A stretch of DNA of 64,000 bases from Armatimonadota bacterium (GTDB lineage Bacteria; Armatimonadota; UBA5829), in the NCBI GenBank assembly GCA_029907315.1, contig JARYME010000003.1:1555-65554 (forward strand), in the 5' to 3' direction. Shown here piece after piece: positions 61,055 to 64,000 of this stretch. The notes beneath the pieces are model-generated. The model searched no databases and was not told the DNA's origin. It worked only from the letters and a program-made list of their open reading frames with translations. Position 1 is the stretch's first letter. The number at the start of each line of letters is the position of its first letter. The position numbers and the translations under genes are program-made.

Positions 61055-62827
61055 GTGAACGCATTGGAGATAAGACACAAAGAAGCTCTGGCATGGATTG
61101 AAGAGATGGCCTCGCTTTGCGAGCCGGACGAGGTCGTATTCTGCGACGGTTCGCTTGAAGAAAAGCGCCGTCTCGAAGAAGAATGTTTCAAGACCGGTGA
61201 GCTTATAGAACTGAATCAAGAAAAGCTCCCGGGGTGTGTTCTACACCGCACGGCACGTAATGACGTCGCCCGCACGGAACATTTGACATTTATCTGCACT
61301 CGCAACCAGCGAGATGCTGGGCCCACCAACAACTGGATGGACCCGCAAGAGGCTTATTCAAAAGTCGGCGCTATGTTCAAAGGCTCCATGAGAGGACGGA
61401 CTATGTACGTGGTCCCGTTCCTTATGGGGACACCTGGGTCGCCGTTTACGAAGATAGGGATTGAGCTCACCGATAGCAAATACGTAGTTCTCAACATGCG
61501 TATAATGACGCGCATGGGTGAAGTTGCTGCGAAGGAACTCGGAACGGATCGCGAATTCACGAAGTGTTTGCACAGCAAAGGTGAGCTGGACATCGAACGG
61601 CGGTTCATTCTTCATTTTCCTGAAGACAACACCATTTGGAGCTACGGCTCCGGCTACGGCGGAAATGTTCTACTTGGAAAGAAGTGCCTCAGCCTCCGTA
61701 TCGCCAGCTATCTAGGTCTTTTGGAAGGCTGGATGGCGGAACACATGCTTATAGTCGGCGTTGAAACTCCAGATGGCGACATACACTATATCTGCGGCGC
61801 GTTTCCGAGTGCATGCGGCAAAACAAACCTCGCTATGCTCGTCCCGCCAAAATCCATGAGCGGATATAAGGTGTGGACAGTAGGTGACGACATAGCGTGG
61901 CTTCGGATCGGACCGGACGGCAGGCTTTGGGCAGTCAATCCTGAGTCTGGATTTTTCGGTGTTGCACCATACACCAGCTACCAAACGAACCCAAACGCAA
62001 TGGAGACTATAAAGAAGAACACGATTTTCACCAATGTTCTTCTGACACCGGATAAGACTGTCTGGTGGGAGGGCATGGGCGTGGATCCACCAGCGGAAGG
62101 TATCGACTGGAAAGGCGAACCTTGGACGCCACAATCAGGCGAACCTGGCGCACATCCCAACGCCAGATTCACAGCACCGGCCGCGCAGTGCCCTTCGATT
62201 TCACCTCACTGGGAAGATCCTCAAGGCGTGCCGATTTCCGCCATACTCTTCGGCGGGCGGAGAGCGCGGCTTGCACCTTTGGTATATGAAGCGTTTAACT
62301 GGCAACACGGCACGTTTGTGGGAGCGACTATGGCAAGCGAAACCACCGCTGCTCAGTCCGGTGCGGTGGGAGTTGTCCGCCGAGACCCGATGGCGATGCT
62401 GCCATTCTGTGGTTACAACATGGCTCGCTACTTCAGGCATTGGTTGGATATGGGCCCAAAACTCTCCAACCCGCCGAAGATTTTCCACGTCAACTGGTTC
62501 CGAAAAGATGCCAGTGGAAAGTTCCTGTGGCCAGGGTACGGCGAAAACCTCCGCGCGCTCGATTGGATTGTTCGCCGCTGCAAGAACGAAGCGGAAGCTC
62601 AAGAAACGCCTATCGGTTTGGTTCCGACGAAGGCGTCATTGAACCTTGAGGGCCTCGACATCTCCGACGAAGACCTGGATCAGCTCCTGGAAGTCAATAG
62701 GGACCCTTGGGTGGAAGAGCTGGAGTCCATGCAAAAGTTCTTCGACCAGTTCGGTTACGACCTGCCAGAGGAATTCATTGAAGAACAGCAGGCACTCAAG
62801 AACCGACTAGGGAAGTGGCAGATGTAA
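61055..62827 (+). CDS. pckG: Phosphoenolpyruvate carboxykinase (GTP). A GTG start is proposed at 61055; the longer upstream extension in the ORF track overlaps other frames and is probably spurious.
   Basis: The product has GTP-PEPCK motifs: the kinase-1a loop AFPSACGKTN, and the WMAEHMLI and FGGRRA regions. Its length is about 590 aa. Confidence 0.85.
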   Translation: MNALEIRHKEALAWIEEMASLCEPDEVVFCDGSLEEKRRLEEECFKTGELIELNQEKLPGCVLHRTARNDVARTEHLTFICTRNQRDAGPTNNWMDPQEAYSKVGAMFKGSMRGRTMYVVPFLMGTPGSPFTKIGIELTDSKYVVLNMRIMTRMGEVAAKELGTDREFTKCLHSKGELDIERRFILHFPEDNTIWSYGSGYGGNVLLGKKCLSLRIASYLGLLEGWMAEHMLIVGVETPDGDIHYICGAFPSACGKTNLAMLVPPKSMSGYKVWTVGDDIAWLRIGPDGRLWAVNPESGFFGVAPYTSYQTNPNAMETIKKNTIFTNVLLTPDKTVWWEGMGVDPPAEGIDWKGEPWTPQSGEPGAHPNARFTAPAAQCPSISPHWEDPQGVPISAILFGGRRARLAPLVYEAFNWQHGTFVGATMASETTAAQSGAVGVVRRDPMAMLPFCGYNMARYFRHWLDMGPKLSNPPKIFHVNWFRKDASGKFLWPGYGENLRALDWIVRRCKNEAEAQETPIGLVPTKASLNLEGLDISDEDLDQLLEVNRDPWVEELESMQKFFDQFGYDLPEEFIEEQQALKNRLGKWQM

Positions 62828-62858
62828 GGAATTCGGCGCCAGGTGGTATGTTGGAAAT

Positions 62859-63314
62859 ATGCCAAAGGTTGAATCTTCCGTTGAGATCAACGGACCAATC
62901 GAGAAGGTTTACCAACTTGCGAAGGACATTGAGTCCTTTCCGCAGTTCATGCCCGATCTTAAGAGCGTAAAGGTGATCGAACGCAGCGACGATGGATCGC
63001 GAGTCGTCAGCGAATGGGTGGGAATCGTAAAAGAGTTCAAGACCACCGTCAAATGGGTTGAGGAAGACATTTGGGACGATGTAAACTACACCTGCGAGTT
63101 CCACCTGGTCAGCGGCGATTATACAAAATACAGCGGCAAATGGAAGTTCACTGATCTCGGCGGGCGGACCCGCTTTGATTCGGAGATCGAAGTAGAGTAC
63201 GATGTGCCGCTTATCGGACCCCTCATAAAGGGCCTCATAGCCAAGAAAATGAAAGAAAACGTCGACAACATGCTTGCCGCGATCAAACGTAAGGTAGAAG
63301 GAAACGGCGACTGA
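62859..63314 (+). CDS. SRPBCC (polyketide cyclase/dehydrase, START-like) family protein
   Basis: The 151-aa product has the typical SRPBCC N-terminus (VEINGPIEKVYQLAKDIESFPQFMP). Confidence 0.7.
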   Translation: MPKVESSVEINGPIEKVYQLAKDIESFPQFMPDLKSVKVIERSDDGSRVVSEWVGIVKEFKTTVKWVEEDIWDDVNYTCEFHLVSGDYTKYSGKWKFTDLGGRTRFDSEIEVEYDVPLIGPLIKGLIAKKMKENVDNMLAAIKRKVEGNGD

Positions 63315-63324
63315 CGAGCATCGC

Positions 63325-64000
63325 ATGCGTTACGACGTCATCATAGTGGGTGCCGGTCCGGCCGGTATTTTTGCAGCACTGGAACTTGCGAGGTGCGAAG
63401 GCGTTCGCACGCTGATTTTAGAGCAAGGACCGGACATAGATCAGCGGGATCGCAAGAAGGACTTGCTATCGGGATGGGGCGGCGCTGGCGCATTTTCCGA
63501 CGGCAAGCTAACGCTTTCCCCTGAAGTAGGCGGCCAACTTAACACCCTGGTGCCGGAAAAGGAACTTGTTGAGCTTCTCCGAGAGGTCGACCAAACCTGG
63601 GTCGAGTACAGCGGACCTCTTCCCGTATACGGCACAGACCAAGACGTTGTTGCGAATATCGAGCATAGAGCTCAATTGGCAGGGCTGAAGCTAATCCACT
63701 CTGAAATCAAACACCTCGGCACAGAACTCTGCCCAGTAGTGCTTTCCAGGATGCGAGACGTTCTACGAGACAAGGTTGAAGTGCGCACGAATACCCCCGT
63801 AAAACACATCCTGGTGACTGAAGAATCGTCCCGTAAGAATCGAGTGATAGGCGTGGAAACCGAAGACGGCGAACAGATAGAAGCCGCTTACGTCATAACA
63901 GCGCCCGGACGTGTCGGCGCCGATTGGTTGAGCAGAGAAGCTGAGCGGCTGGGTTTGAATTTGGAAACGAATCCGGTTGACATCGGAGTGAGAGTGGAAG
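63325..64000 (+). CDS. FAD-dependent oxidoreductase (COG2509-like). It is 5'-complete but truncated at the window end.
   Basis: The product has the N-terminal dinucleotide-binding motif YDVIIVGAGPAGIFAA. The ORF runs to the window end without a stop. Confidence 0.7.
   Translation, partial: MRYDVIIVGAGPAGIFAALELARCEGVRTLILEQGPDIDQRDRKKDLLSGWGGAGAFSDGKLTLSPEVGGQLNTLVPEKELVELLREVDQTWVEYSGPLPVYGTDQDVVANIEHRAQLAGLKLIHSEIKHLGTELCPVVLSRMRDVLRDKVEVRTNTPVKHILVTEESSRKNRVIGVETEDGEQIEAAYVITAPGRVGADWLSREAERLGLNLETNPVDIGVRVE

Noticed and set aside
1-64000. tRNA or rRNA genes
   Set aside because: No T-arm-like GGTTCGAATCC-type motifs or rRNA-like conserved blocks were seen, and all long non-coding stretches are otherwise accounted for.

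Overview
The window holds a complete type I-C (Dvulg) CRISPR-Cas locus followed by ordinary chromosomal housekeeping genes. I did not find a convincing undescribed multi-gene system; the less obvious observations are listed in the findings.

CRISPR-Cas locus (1..12.7 kb), all on the minus strand:
- A CRISPR array of at least 67 identical 37-bp repeats (66 spacers in the window) runs from 21 to 4883 and reaches the window start, so it probably continues upstream.
- Then come a 183-bp leader and, in order, cas2, cas1, cas4, cas7 (csd2), cas8c (csd1) with a nested internal cas11c start, cas5d and cas3.

Housekeeping core (12.8..64 kb):
- A split-type GMP synthase subunit B.
- groES-groEL with a CIRCE operator.
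- pdxS and pdxT.
- A ribosome-quality-control protein, RqcH.
- ftsE, ftsX and an M23 murein hydrolase activator.
- An amino-acid permease.
- A GT4 glycosyltransferase paired with a glycosidase-like gene.
- MTA phosphorylase (mtnP) and dihydropteroate synthase (folP) with an N-terminal extension.
- A DUF6807/PmoA-like protein next to a TIM-barrel sugar isomerase and orphan ABC transporter components.
- trpB2 and a Gfo/Idh/MocA oxidoreductase.
- A translin-like gene overlapping the cca gene.
- rpoN converging on a glnK-amtB pair.
- A frameshifted IS481-like transposase remnant.
- Leucyl aminopeptidase (pepA), a DUF1559 prepilin-like protein, GTP-PEPCK, an SRPBCC protein and a partial FAD oxidoreductase.

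GC content is about 55-58%. The gene content (DUF1559 pilin-like protein, DUF6807, sigma-54) suggests a Planctomycetota, Armatimonadota or Verrucomicrobiota-like genome, but this is low-confidence inference.
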